From assembly GCA_011109175.1 (NCBI GenBank), contig RDEW01000012.1, positions 908,552-972,551 of the forward strand: DNA of 64,000 nt. Reading direction: 5' to 3'. The position numbers were made by a program, and so were the translations under genes. This DNA is from Dicyema japonicum. Taxonomy: Eukaryota; Animalia; Dicyemida. The stretch's first letter is position 1. Each line of letters opens with the position of its first letter. This document shows positions 50,545 through 62,341 of the stretch, piece after piece. The notes beneath the pieces are model-generated. The model did no database searches. It was not told where the DNA came from and was given only the letters and a program-made list of their open reading frames with translations.

Positions 50545-51050
50545 ATGCAAATATTCGTCAAAACTCCTACTGGAAAAACTCTCTGTTGCGACGTGAGAAT
50601 TAATATTGTTAATTTAGATTACTCAAGCTGAGTATGTGTACGATTTACTCAAGCAAATCTCCAGAAAAATTGGTTAAGTCTTTTATTCTTATTATTAGGG
50701 GTTCCTTGTGATAGCACGTGCTTAAGCTACAACGGCCTGACATTAGACTACGAGTCTCCAATTGGCCGATGTGGGATCAAGGAATTCTCAACTTTGCAGC
50801 AATTTGTGCCACTTTTGGGTGGAAAGAAGAAAAAAAGTCCAAAAAACACACAACTCCCAAGAAAAGAAAACACGTGCGCAAAAAGGTCCCATTGGCAGCC
50901 CTCAAATTTTACAAGGTTGGCAATGATGGAGAAATCACCTTACTGAGACAAAAATGCCCGAACCCTGACTGTGGACCAGCTTCAATGATGGCTAACCATA
51001 AGAACAGACTCACTTGTGGAAGGTGCACTAAGACTATTATGACCAACTAA
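50545..51050 (+). CDS. RPS27A: 40S ribosomal protein S27a (eS31) fused to a divergent ubiquitin-like domain
   Basis: MQIFVKTPTGKT..LLGG then HTTPKKRKH..LKFYKV..CPNPDCG..CGRC; introns of 25 and 26 nt; one A missing in run 50830-50836. Confidence 0.9.
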
Positions 51051-51184
51051 AGTTTAATTGGTGACTTTCTTGATTATTTTGTTTTTAATTTCTGTTTATT
51101 TTTGTTTTTGTCATTAAATTATGATCTAAACATTATTGTAGCTTTCTGCCTTAAGATAACCATATGAAGCACTTTATTGTAATA

Positions 51185-51300
51185 ATGAAGAACAGTTATG
51201 ATAGCTAATTGTTGGAAAGGGGAAAAACATGTTCCTGGCTAATTTTGGTTTGCATGTAAAGACTTGTAGACAATCCGGTTACGAGTGAGTTATCAATGAT
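51185..51300 (-). mobile_element. Degraded SINE fragment
   Basis: GAAGAACAGTTATGATAGCTAAT block. Confidence 0.45.
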
Positions 51301-52010
51301 GAATGCGTCTATCGTAAAGCGGGAAATATCGTAGATGACCGAGTGTTTGTTCTGAGGTTGCGATGTACCTCTATTATGAGGGATTCATACTTCGCTTGAA
51401 ACCATGGTCTTTTTTTCTCGTAGGCATGGACGATATACTCGGATGTTGGAAACCTAGTGTGAACAATATATTTGTCTAATGCAGGAGGGTTCAAACCTCG
51501 TCTACTGAAAAAAGAAAACCTGAGGGGATAGTCTATCTGAAGGTGCACGTGTATATATTAATACTATTATATACTAATAATATGATCTTTCCATCAGTTG
51601 ATGTCAGGGACTTGGATACAAAGAAGAGAACATTAATATAGTATCCCACCGTCCCTCTATATATCGGGATTTATGGGAGGTTGGATATAAAATATTCAAA
51701 AATAAATTTTGAATGTCATTAAACGAAATTAATTGGGTTAAGGGACAAGGGTAATATTCCTTCTCATATCCTCCTAATAATACCAATGACTTACAGACCC
51801 CCATAATATGCTGGAAGTTGTCTTTTAAGACCGCTAGGCTTAACTGGTGAATTTACTGTCGTGGAAATTTGTATCAGTTGACCTATTGGATAATGGAGTG
51901 AAATGATTCTATTCACTCCATGTCCCCTTATGGTAAATATGTTCCATAACCACAGCCTTATAATATTCATGGACTAAAGGACTAACTCAGAGGATATCGA
52001 ATACAGAAAA

Positions 52011-52118
52011 TTTATGATTCTAATAAAGAAGGTTCTGGGTAACAACTCAAGAATTAGTACCCAGAACCTTATTTATGATTCTAATAAAGAAGGTTCTGGG
52101 TACTAATTCTTGAGTTGT
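52011..52118. repeat. Local duplication-inversion (31-bp direct repeat + 29-bp perfect inverted repeat)
   Basis: 52011-52041 = 52072-52102; 52042-52070 is the reverse complement of 52090-52118. Confidence 0.95.
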
Positions 52119-52357
52119 GCTCAAACAACATCCTAAGCATGGTCCTATCTTTCCTGTCTCTACAATCATCTGACATATTCAACAAATAGTAAACCCCCCA
52201 GTTTCCTCTCTTGGTATCCAATTTATCCTCTTCATTCTCATCAGGTCGACCTCTTTTCTCTTATCAGGTCAACGTACTGTCTCGTATGGTGATACAGTAA
52301 GCTTGAGGAACAAATGAATTATTCATGAAGTACGTCAATTCTGTGCAATCACTATAC

Positions 52358-52620
52358 TTATTTATTGCTCTAAGATCTCTGGGTTAAAAGAGAATAAAAA
52401 TGTCCTCATCTAAGTGATCCCAGACCAAGAGGTGGAGGTCGAAACAGATATGACGGACATAATTGACCGCTCTCCATAACGGGTTTGAAGTCTTCTTGGA
52501 GGTTTTGCAAAGTATCTTAGAAAGATTTTATAGACTCCTTGGTAGGTTGGGTACCCTTAGGGATCTTCTTTGCATTGCAGAAGTGCTTCACGAAGAATAT
52601 ACTCGAGAGTCCAACCAAAA
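52358..52620 (-). mobile_element. LINE-family 3' remnant
   Basis: GGGATCACTTAG...AATAAATAA terminus preceded by decayed coding sequence. Confidence 0.55.
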
Positions 52621-55600
52621 AACCATAAAAACACAGAAAATGGGGAAATTAGGTCAATTCTTGTATAAAATCAACGATCCTTTAATTTAATTTAAGAATT
52701 ATTTTACGGTACCTCAAGGAGCACTTTGAAATTACACAGGTGGTACATACCCCACAACATCTTACTGAGCGTAAGCAGTGCGTCGAAGTGCGATAATTAT
52801 ATTTTGAAGGAGGGCATGAAAAATGGAAACAATTAAAAATACATGACTTTCCGTGATGGGGGATATGGGAAAACACGTTACTTCATTAATAATTTGGATA
52901 AAATTTTCAAAGCGCAAATGTGTGGGGACAACTCGATCAGGTTGTATGCTATGGAAGTTTGTGAGTAACGTCAATGATTGCTAAAGTACGTACAAATGGG
53001 GGATATCAGTATTCAAACCTACCTAGGATTATACTGTGGTATTTCTGATAGAATACAAGTAGGGTCACTAATAATCTGTCCAGTATAAGGTGGATGGAAT
53101 TCTAAGTGGCTTCCTTTTCGATCAGCCATGTGACTGAAGCAGTGATGACTCGTATTCAAGAATAAATATCATTTACCCCTTAGTTACGCTAGGTACTACG
53201 TCTCCAAACCTCTACATCATTCCTATATGGGACAATAAGGCTCTTCAAAGTCTTGATTATCAGCGATAATTCCACGAGTAATAAGACCAACCACGCGAAT
53301 ACAATCATGACTTGGTAAGCTTACAATTATTTAAAAGTATTAAACTGATTTTATATAATTAGTGGAAATATTGATAAATATGAACGACTAAAGTAGGATA
53401 AGAATTTGAGTTGTCACAATTTCTGATTAATCCAAAGTTGAGGGGACCCGGGAATACCTTAGCCATTTTCTCAAATTCCTGATTTTAATGAGAATATTTG
53501 TGTTTGTCCTCGAGCATAAGGAGGGTGGTTCTCGGTCATTGGAAGCGTCAGAGGCGAATTGGCGAATTTAAATGTTTAAATAAACAATTTTCACGAAAGT
53601 GGACTATTGGTTAGGAAGTAAAGTCTATGGGACACTAATGATTCTTTCGAATCGTGTAGATTTGCCTGTAAAATTCCACGGCATTTTATGATGAGTCTTG
53701 TGGCTATTTTGTTTTTGTAGTCAGGATTAACATCTTCAAATTGTTGTAGTCGAAGGTATGATTATGTAATGTACAAATATTACATAATCTGTGACCAACT
53801 TCATTACTAAAGTAGAAATATAGATGACCAACTGGAGGTCTCCGAATAGTGCATTAATCATCGTTACGATTATGAGTTTACAGAATAATGAAAATTGACG
53901 TGGTTTGCTGCTCATTTGTTAGAGACATTTACATAAAGTTAAAATTATGTCAAATATTTATTATTTGGTTTTACTATGGTCAAATTAATAGAACTGTAAC
54001 AATTTTACCTGAAAGAGTTATCCCTTCTGTTGGAACATCATATTAATTAAAGAATACACACTTGATAATATGTTTGTGTGCGAGAACGTTGGACATTTAG
54101 TTGTGTTCGGAACTTTTGGTAAGCTTTTTTTCGGACCATAATCCGAGGATATTTTTAATAAGCCTGATATATCGCAATTAAATTTTATCCGGTTCCCTCG
54201 GTCAGAGTGGAACTTATCCTTCCCCATCATCACGTCTTTTCCAAGTAACCGCCATTATGAAAACTCCTCATAGTAGAGAAGAGAGGAATCTTATTGGATC
54301 CCGACCAGGCTCCTAAGACAGGAGTCAATTACTAATTATAATGTTATGTCATAAGGAGATTGACAGTCGTTTAATGAGCATCTATTAATCATAACCAATA
54401 CTCCACAAGACAACTCACTATACAAGTCAACTCTCGCGTGGAGACAAGTTTTTGGATCGATCCCCTACTTATCAAAGATACAAACCATAGACGCAGAGTT
54501 TGATTAAGCAAAGGAAGGCCCAGAAGTTGACTTTTGCAATCGATATCCTATGAAAACAAGAAAGAAGGGACTTTCTGGAAGCGGTGGGTGCAATTGAGGG
54601 GTAACCGGTAAATTCATCGCGAGGTAAATTCATCCCAGTTAAATCAATGAACCACCTAGGCGGGTTTCTAGATAGAAGAGGTCGAAATTTTGATTTTTTA
54701 TATTATAGTTAAATTGCGATTTTAGAGATTATTCAGCGATAGGAGTCACGTATCCGTGAAGGTAGGACCTATGAAAATTGAAAAGAGAGGACCTATTTTT
54801 TCACCTCTCTTCAGAAGTTGACGTATGCCTGCCATACATTATTAGGGGGATCAATTTAGTTGTCACAAGCAGACGTTCTCTTTTGCGTTCCCTCCTTGGA
54901 TTAATTACCAATGACTATTTTTGCTAGGCTTACCAAAGATTGTACGCCTGTGGCTAACAAATAATAAAATAAATAACTCTGTCAGTATTCATCTATATAC
55001 GACGATTGAAACATAAAATTGCCAGTTTTCTTTAATGCTGAGGACAGTATTCATCTCTATCTTAAACACAAGAGTAATGGTTGCATGTAATTATTTTTCT
55101 TTTAACTTATAAAGTAGCTTATAATCTGGTGATACTGTCCTTGAATTCTCTTGTACTTTTTCGTCATTATTATAATTGATTTCTATAAAATGATATTTTT
55201 TCGCTAATTTCTTATATCTTGACAGCATGGCTCTGCAATTTGTAATGAGTGATAGAAGTAAGAGAAAACTTTTTGAAGATGGATACATTTACTGTTTTGA
55301 AAAATTTAATGGCAAAGTCACATTATGGAAATGTGAATCCTACTATAAAATTAAATGTAAAGAGAGAGTACACACCAAGGGAGACATCATTATTAAAAGA
55401 GTCAACGAACACAATCATGCTTGTGATGCTGCATATGTCGAATCAAAGAGAATTACTCAAGAAATAAAAAGAAGAGCTCTTGCATCACAAGATAATCCAC
55501 ATATTATTATAACTGAAGTGTGTGTGGGTTTGCCACTGGAGATGTCTGCCCGACTACCCATAGCTTCTTTAATTAAAAGAAACATTAGAAATTCAAGAAA

Positions 55601-55786
55601 TACAAAAGATCAAGCTCTTCCTAATCCACTTAACATAGACCAGTTAAGAATACCTCCAGAATACAGATACTCTTATGCCAATGAACCTTTTCTATTGTTT
55701 GATAGTGAAGACAGTGCAAACAGAACAATAATTTTTACAACGAGAAAAAATCTGAATTTGCTTTCCATATTTGTTTAATATATTAT

Positions 55787-58273
55787 GGTTGTAGGAAAAA
55801 AAGTCAAGTGGAAAAAAGGTCAAGCGGAAAAAAAGTCAAGTCTGTAAGCGGAAAAAAAGTCAAGCGGAAAAAAGTCAAGTTGTCTTTTTGTAGTTTATAT
55901 CGCATTTTTGTGATACTACTAGCATCTTTTAATTTTTTATAATTTTTTTCAATACTTGACTTTTTTCCGCTTGACTTTTTTTCCATTTTTGAAAATTTTT
56001 CCCTTATAAATTTTCGAAATTTAGCGCAAAATGGAAAAAAGTCAAGTCCGCTAACGAAATCACGGACTTGACTTTTTTTTCGCTTTGACTAAATCAATTT
56101 AAGAATTTCAAGGTAATACTAAAATTGACTTAACTTTTTACGCTTGGTTTAATCTTTTTGACCTTGACTTTTTTCGCTTTGGTTAAATCTTTTTGACTTA
56201 ATCAATATACAGATTTTAAGGTTATAATTAGGCTTATTTTAAATATTATGCTTGCCACAAAAAATAAGAGACAAAATGGAGATAATATCAACTAACAAAG
56301 GAGGAAAGAAAATTTGTTTTAAGGGTTTTATGTATACAAAGCACTCGAAGACAAAAAACTATATAATTTTTAAATGTGTAAAAAAATCTTCACAAGGATG
56401 CAGAGGAAGCCTAAGAACAGATCATAATTTCGAATTTCCCAAGAAGGAATTTCCACAATCACGAATTTGACGAAAGTCAAATAAAACTGATGAAATGTGC
56501 AACGAAGCAAAACTTATTGCTAAAACGAGTCAAGAAAAATCCCTTACAAATCTATTCAAAGGTTGTGTCTGAATGTGAAACAGCAACCAGAATTATTCTC
56601 CCTTCTGCAGATTCTTTCAAGCGAACACTTAGGAATCAACGCTTGTCTCTACATATTCCAAAAAATATTTTCGATCTCGGAGATATTCCATCGTCTTTAT
56701 CTTTAACTCTTGGTCCAGATTCAGAAAATTTTTTAATTTATGATAATCATAGAAGAACCGATAGAATATTGATATTCAGCACCAAAACTAATATAACGTT
56801 ATTGGCGAATTCAAAATCATGGTATATGGATGGAAATTTCTCCATGGCACCATGTATCTTCAAGCAAATCTATTTTATCAGGATTCAGTTCAATGCCAGT
56901 GCAATTACAGTTATTTATGGAATATTACCTTCTAAATCACGAAAGATTTACGAAGAATTTTTTGAGGCTATTCAAAATGCAATTCATAATTTGAATTTGG
57001 AATTTTGTCTTGAAACTATTATGGCAGACTTTGAAGATTCGGTATTTCGAGCTGTCCTTGCAGTATTTGGGAGACGAATACATATTAGAGGATGTTATTA
57101 TCATCTAAGACAGTCAACCTGGAGAAAAATTCAAGAATTGCATCTAGTAAAACAATATAAAGAAAATATTAATTTTAACATTTTTTGCGCAATGATAGAC
57201 GCTCTTGCATTTTTACCCATTCAAGATATGGAAGAAGGAATAGAATTCCTAATGAATAATATGCCAGAAAATGTTCCAGATTCAAAATATATATTAGATT
57301 ATTTTGATAGAACATATGTTCGCGGTTATTATCGTTGCTTAAATGATCGAGAAAATCCCTTAGCTGTTAGAATACAGCACATTGCTCCATTGTTTCCTCC
57401 AAATTTATGGAATGTGTATGAAGCTACACTCAATAATAAACAAAGAACAAATAACTATTGTGAAGGGTGGAACAATAAATTATACAATTTGACGGGATAT
57501 CGTCATCCATCGATATGGAATATTATATCGTCATTCCAAAAAGAAGAAAAAATGACGAAAACTATTATTGACCAGGATTCCTTTGGAAAAAGAATTTCAA
57601 CAAGAACAAATAAAAAAACGATTGATAGACAAAAAAGGCTTTTAAATATATGTCTGGATCGCCAGGACGGAAAAAAACAGTAGGAGAAGCCCTAAAAGCA
57701 ATTGCATGGAATATTAAATATTCTTTTGATTCACATTAAATAATCCCTTGATTCTCGTTAAATAAAAATCATATGTTTATAACATTTTAAAAAATTTTAA
57801 AAGTAGAAAAAATCTGTTTTATTTTTAGAATTTATTTCCACCACGTGTAGTTTTAGTTGTGGCGGGACATTTTAATTCATTAACATTAGCCAAAATTAAC
57901 TATTTAAATAATTTGTTATTCTAAACTCGCTTACTTTAAAATGAAACGATCATGAATAAAAATCTTAATTTATAAACGGAAAAAAGTCAAGTCCGTGATT
58001 TCGTTAGCGGACTTGACTTTTTTTCCGTTTTGCGCTAAATTTCGAAAATTTATAAGGGAAAAATTTTCAAAAATGGAAAAAAAGTCAAGCGGAAAAAAAG
58101 TCAAGTATTGAAAAAATTTTTAAAAATTAAAAGATGCTAGTAGTATCACAAAAATGCGATATAAACTAAAAAAAGACAAACTTGACTTTTTTAACTTGAT
58201 GACTTTTTTTCCGCTTTGACTTTTTTTCCGCTTGACTTGACTTTTTTTCCGCTTGACTTTTTTTCCGCACTCC
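55787..58273 (+). mobile_element. MULE DNA transposon, inner element nested in the outer transposase
   Basis: ~300-bp TIRs with AAAAAAGTCAAGCGG repeats; 8-bp TSD TATATTAT (55779-55786, 58274-58281). Confidence 0.95.
56279..57683 (+). CDS. MULE transposase of the inner element
   Basis: FLYWCH-like N-terminus (56252-56470) joined by a 1-nt shift to 56490-57683 with WYMDGNF, MADFE, GCYYH, TNNYCEGWN (DDE triad and CxxH present). Confidence 0.9.
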
Positions 58274-60039
58274 TATATTATATACGATTCATGGACTAGA
58301 GAATAATGATGTTTTACCACTTATATACATTTTAATGTGTAAAAGAACGGAAGAAAGCTATAAAAAAGTTTTTTCGAAACTAAAATCATTGGAGCCATCG
58401 TTATCACCGAGGACAATTATCACTGATTTCGAAAAATCAGCTATAAATGGATTTAATATTATATTTCCTGATGCTACTACGAAGTGCTGTTTCTTTCAAT
58501 TTTCCCAATCCATTTTCAGATGCATCCAATCACAGGGATTACAATTATTATATCAGAGAAATTCAGAATTCGCTTTGAAAATGCGCATGATTGCAACGGT
58601 CGCATTTGTCCCAACATTACATGTTGTTCATTATTTTGAACATTTGTGCGATTACATCAGTTTCCCAGAAGAAGTTCAACCTGTACTGGATTATGTTGAA
58701 GATATTTGGATTGGACGTCCTGATAGTTGTCAAGTTCGTCGTTGTCAACGTTTTGCCCATGAATTGTGGAATTGTTTTGAAGCAGTGAGAGTTGCTGGGC
58801 CTAAAACAAATAACTCTTGCGAAAAATGGCATCATTCTTTTAATTCTTTAATTGGAGCGTGTCATCCTACGATTTGGAAGTTTATTTATGTTTTGAAGAA
58901 AGAACAAGCAAGAAATGAAATTAAAACTGAACAGTATGTTGCTGGTGGGGAAGGTCCTACACAAAAGAAAAAATACAGAGATAATGCTTTAAGAATTCAA
59001 CGCATTGTAAATGACTTCGATAATCGCGAAATTCTTGACTATTTAAAAGGCATTGCCTATAATTTAGCATTTTAGAAATTAACACAATGTTTTTGTTAAT
59101 AATTGTCATAAACTTGTTTTCTAAAAATTATATTATCATAAATATTCACTTAAAGTTTGACCTTTGTTATTAATCAATAATCAGTAAGATAATCAATAAT
59201 TTTTCTATCACTTTAACTAATACACACACGTGTGGTGCACATCGTTGATTAAAATTTAACACTATTTGGAGAATTGAGGTTTTCAAATTTTTTTATCTTG
59301 GGGATCTGGCCACGTGACTCATCGTCAAATTAATCTCCAAAATTACATTTTAATGATAATATAAAAAATCAAAATTTCTACCTCTTCTTTCAAGAACCCA
59401 CATGGTCGCTTGAATTAACCGGCGATGAATTTACCTCGCGATGAATTTACCAGCGATGAATTTACCAGCGATGAATTTAATTACCGCGATGAATTTACCA
59501 GCGATGAATTTACCAGCAATGAAATTACCGGCGATAAATTTACCTAGAACCCAATTGAGGTACAGATGTAAGCTGTTACTGCTAATTGCTGGAACTGACA
59601 TCACCTATCTGTTTGACTATATTTTTCCTTTTTTCTCGATGTCCTGGATTATAAATAATAATTCATTAGTCACCCACCCTGACATATCATCGACCCACTT
59701 AAAAATTTATTATCTGGAGCCCCAACCTGATAGCATAGTGTTATGAGGTTCTCGTTAGGTGGTCCACCGGCTTTCCACTAAATTCCGAAAGTTTCTTCAA
59801 GTATGTCTGCAGAAGAACTCGACAGGAGTGTCTACATTCAAGATCGAACGAGATTTCTATGTATGGAGTCATAGTTTTGCGTAAACTGAAAAAGACGGCA
59901 ATACTCTCGCGTGGTGGAATAAATCGAATAGTTTTCCGCCTAGAGAGTATATATGCTCGATCCTAGGAGAGGAAATGGCAAATCTCCAAGAATAAAAATT
60001 ATTGCGACCTCATGAATTATAATTAAACTGATGGCCTAG

Positions 60040-60265
60040 TGTCATAAGTGTCGGGTAAAGTCCTGATGACCCCAGTTGAATCTCGCTGCTGTACGTTTCG
60101 GTCGTCATCAGCGAATGCTTCACTGCAAAGAACTCACATGCAACAAAAAGAAAAATAGAATTTAAAGAAAATGTCTTAGTAAATATTACTGTTCTTTACC
60201 AAAAAATGTGCGTCATGCCTATGCAGAGCTATAAATGTTATGGCTTTCAAGAAAATGCTTTACTA
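60040..60265 (+). mobile_element. Degraded SINE copy
   Basis: TAGTGTCATAAGTG head, CTCGCTGCTGT, ACTGTTCTTTAC, CCTATGCAGAGCTATAAA..TATGGC tail like the 26469 copy. Confidence 0.65.
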
Positions 60266-60683
60266 TGTCATACATATGAGGAGGTTTAGTGGTGGAAACG
60301 TTACCACACCTCCACGACAAGAGCTTAAATCAAATCTTTATTCCAAGACCACCTTTAAACCGAATAAAGTGATTCCTACAAATTTGATACATGCTCTCAA
60401 CTTGGCTCAATTCTCCTCCCTTGATCCTACACAAGCTTGTTGGGGTCGGGTTGTGTTGTATCAGACCACCTCCGTTATTCCTTCTGATTAGTATCTCAAA
60501 GGGTGTCACTTCACGTTCTTTTTGTCCTTAGACCACTTCTCTGTCACACCGCGATTTTCTGAACATTAGAGATCGAAGCCCCCCACAAGGAATAGTAAAT
60601 GCATGAGTCATTATTAATAGCAATCTACTAGTTTCCCATTAAGTTTAATTCTCCACAAATTTAAAGAATAAAAAATATAAAAT

Positions 60684-62341
60684 TTATAGTTGATAAGTGT
60701 TCTTCATGTCCTTCAATCTTTGCTGATATTTCAATTTCGCCGTTTTATTGAAAAATCGTTTAAAGGAGAATCCATAGACATTCAGTTTCATTAGGGAAGT
60801 CGTTGGAATCCCCATTGTTCGAGTCAATGCAAGTCCTATCGTTTTTTATAAAATGCGACACATCCTCTTCGTCCGAAAGTGTGGGGATATAGGAGGCTCG
60901 ACAGACCTTAAATTGGCCCAATTCAAGTTCTTAAAGAAGGGGTGGAGTTTTATCTCGTTTGCACCAAATTTCCCGAGTCGATTGTTGGCGTCACAACAAA
61001 AATTCAAAATCAGCTTCAGACACGTTTTGCTTAAAGTCGGAATTCTCGGGAAAACAAGGAATCTGTCCCAGTTTATAATCTTAGTCAAACTCCAATCTAC
61101 CTTTAAGTGAGTTTCGTACTCAGTATTGGAGTAGAAGGGAGTCCCCCCGAACACCATCTCGTATAGAATTATTCCGACACTCCACCAATCGCAACTGTTT
61201 GTGTAATCTATCAAAATATTCACAAACGAATACCCAATCCCGTCAAAATTTCAGGGGCGATGTAATTGAGGGTTCCCACGAGGAAGTTGTCTCTGACTTT
61301 CTTTTTGGATTTCGACTTTTTAAAGACCTTTTTGAACTTATTGGCTTTGTTGGCTAAATTTAAGTATCAGTTTCACCACATTTTCTGTTCTCGTCGTTAA
61401 TCTGAAACTCCATGCTGAGTCCGAAATCACACAACTTTACGTGTCCGTCAGCGGCAATAAGAATGTTGTCGGGTTTAATATCACGATGACAGAATTTCAG
61501 TGAATGGACGTATTCTATGGCCAAAACGAGCTCTGAGATGTAAAATCGGGCCCATTCCTCAGTAAAGACGGTTTTCTGGATCAATAAACTCATGAGATCT
61601 CCCCCAGGCAAATATTCCAAAATGAAGTAAAGTGACCTCTTGTCTTGAAATGAGTAGTAAAGCTTGACGACCCAGTCACTGTCGGCCTCTGATAGAATAT
61701 CACGCTCTGACTTGATATTCTTCATTTGTTTTTTTGTCAGAGAATCCTTCTTGGAGATTACTTTCATGGCATAAATATTTTTGGTGTCTTTTTTTCTCAC
61801 CAAAAATACGTTTCCGTAACCCCCATTGCCAACCATGGAAACAAACTCAAACATTTTCACAGTCATCTTTGAATACTAAACCATAAGCGAAAAGTGACCC
61901 ATAGTTTCAAGTAATTCGACTCCATATCTTGAAATATCTCCAATATTATTTTCTTTTTACTTTCTGAGTATCCGTTTTTCTCCATTTGCATTTCAAGCTG
62001 CTTTCTTCGGAGTTTTCTCTGGTTGGCCCATTTCATCAAACCAATGGTGTACTGCTCCCTATACTGTTTATAGGTACTCTCATTAATGAGACCTCTTTCC
62101 TTGGATTCCTTCATGTATGAGCCAACGTTACCTCCAATTTCAGAATCACGTCAATTGAGTTTGATTTGCTAATTTTATATTTTGTTTCTGTCATTCTCCG
62201 ACGAATTGCCTTATATTCTTCGGCTACGTTGCTTTTCGAAATTATATGATAATTCGAAGGCTTATATTGCAGTCTTGGAGATTGGCGCTCAGTTCTACCA
62301 CGTGTCGACGGATCGTCTTTATTTTTAGTGTTTGTACTCAT
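60684..62341 (-). CDS. LATS: LATS/Warts (NDR family) Ser/Thr kinase
   Basis: MOB-binding region RKQLE..ESNYLKL; EADSDWVVKLYYSFQD, HRDIKPDN, DFG, CDWWSVG, hydrophobic motif YGFSFKRFF; five 21-26 nt introns; one C missing at 60883-60886. Confidence 0.9.

Larger units (their letters stand above)
54600..59551 (+). mobile_element. MULE (Mutator-like) DNA transposon, outer element, FLYWCH + transposase, inactivated
   Basis: ~170-250-bp imperfect TIRs with GCGATGAATTTACC repeats; 9-bp TSD CAATTGAGG (54591-54599, 59552-59560); ORF halves 55227-55778 and ~58282-59075 (TDFE, CFFQF, TNNSCEKWH). Confidence 0.92.

Noticed and set aside
53760-53789. 11-bp hairpin GATTATGTAAT/ATTACATAATC
   Set aside because: Isolated, AT-rich, no context supporting function.
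55804-55986. Lys-rich ORF MEKKSSGKKSS
   Set aside because: Antisense reading of the inner MULE TIR repeats.
59441-59746. ORF MNLPAMNLPAM... as a repeat protein or CRISPR-like array
   Set aside because: It is the translation of tandem subterminal repeats in the MULE right TIR; no unique spacers, no cas genes.
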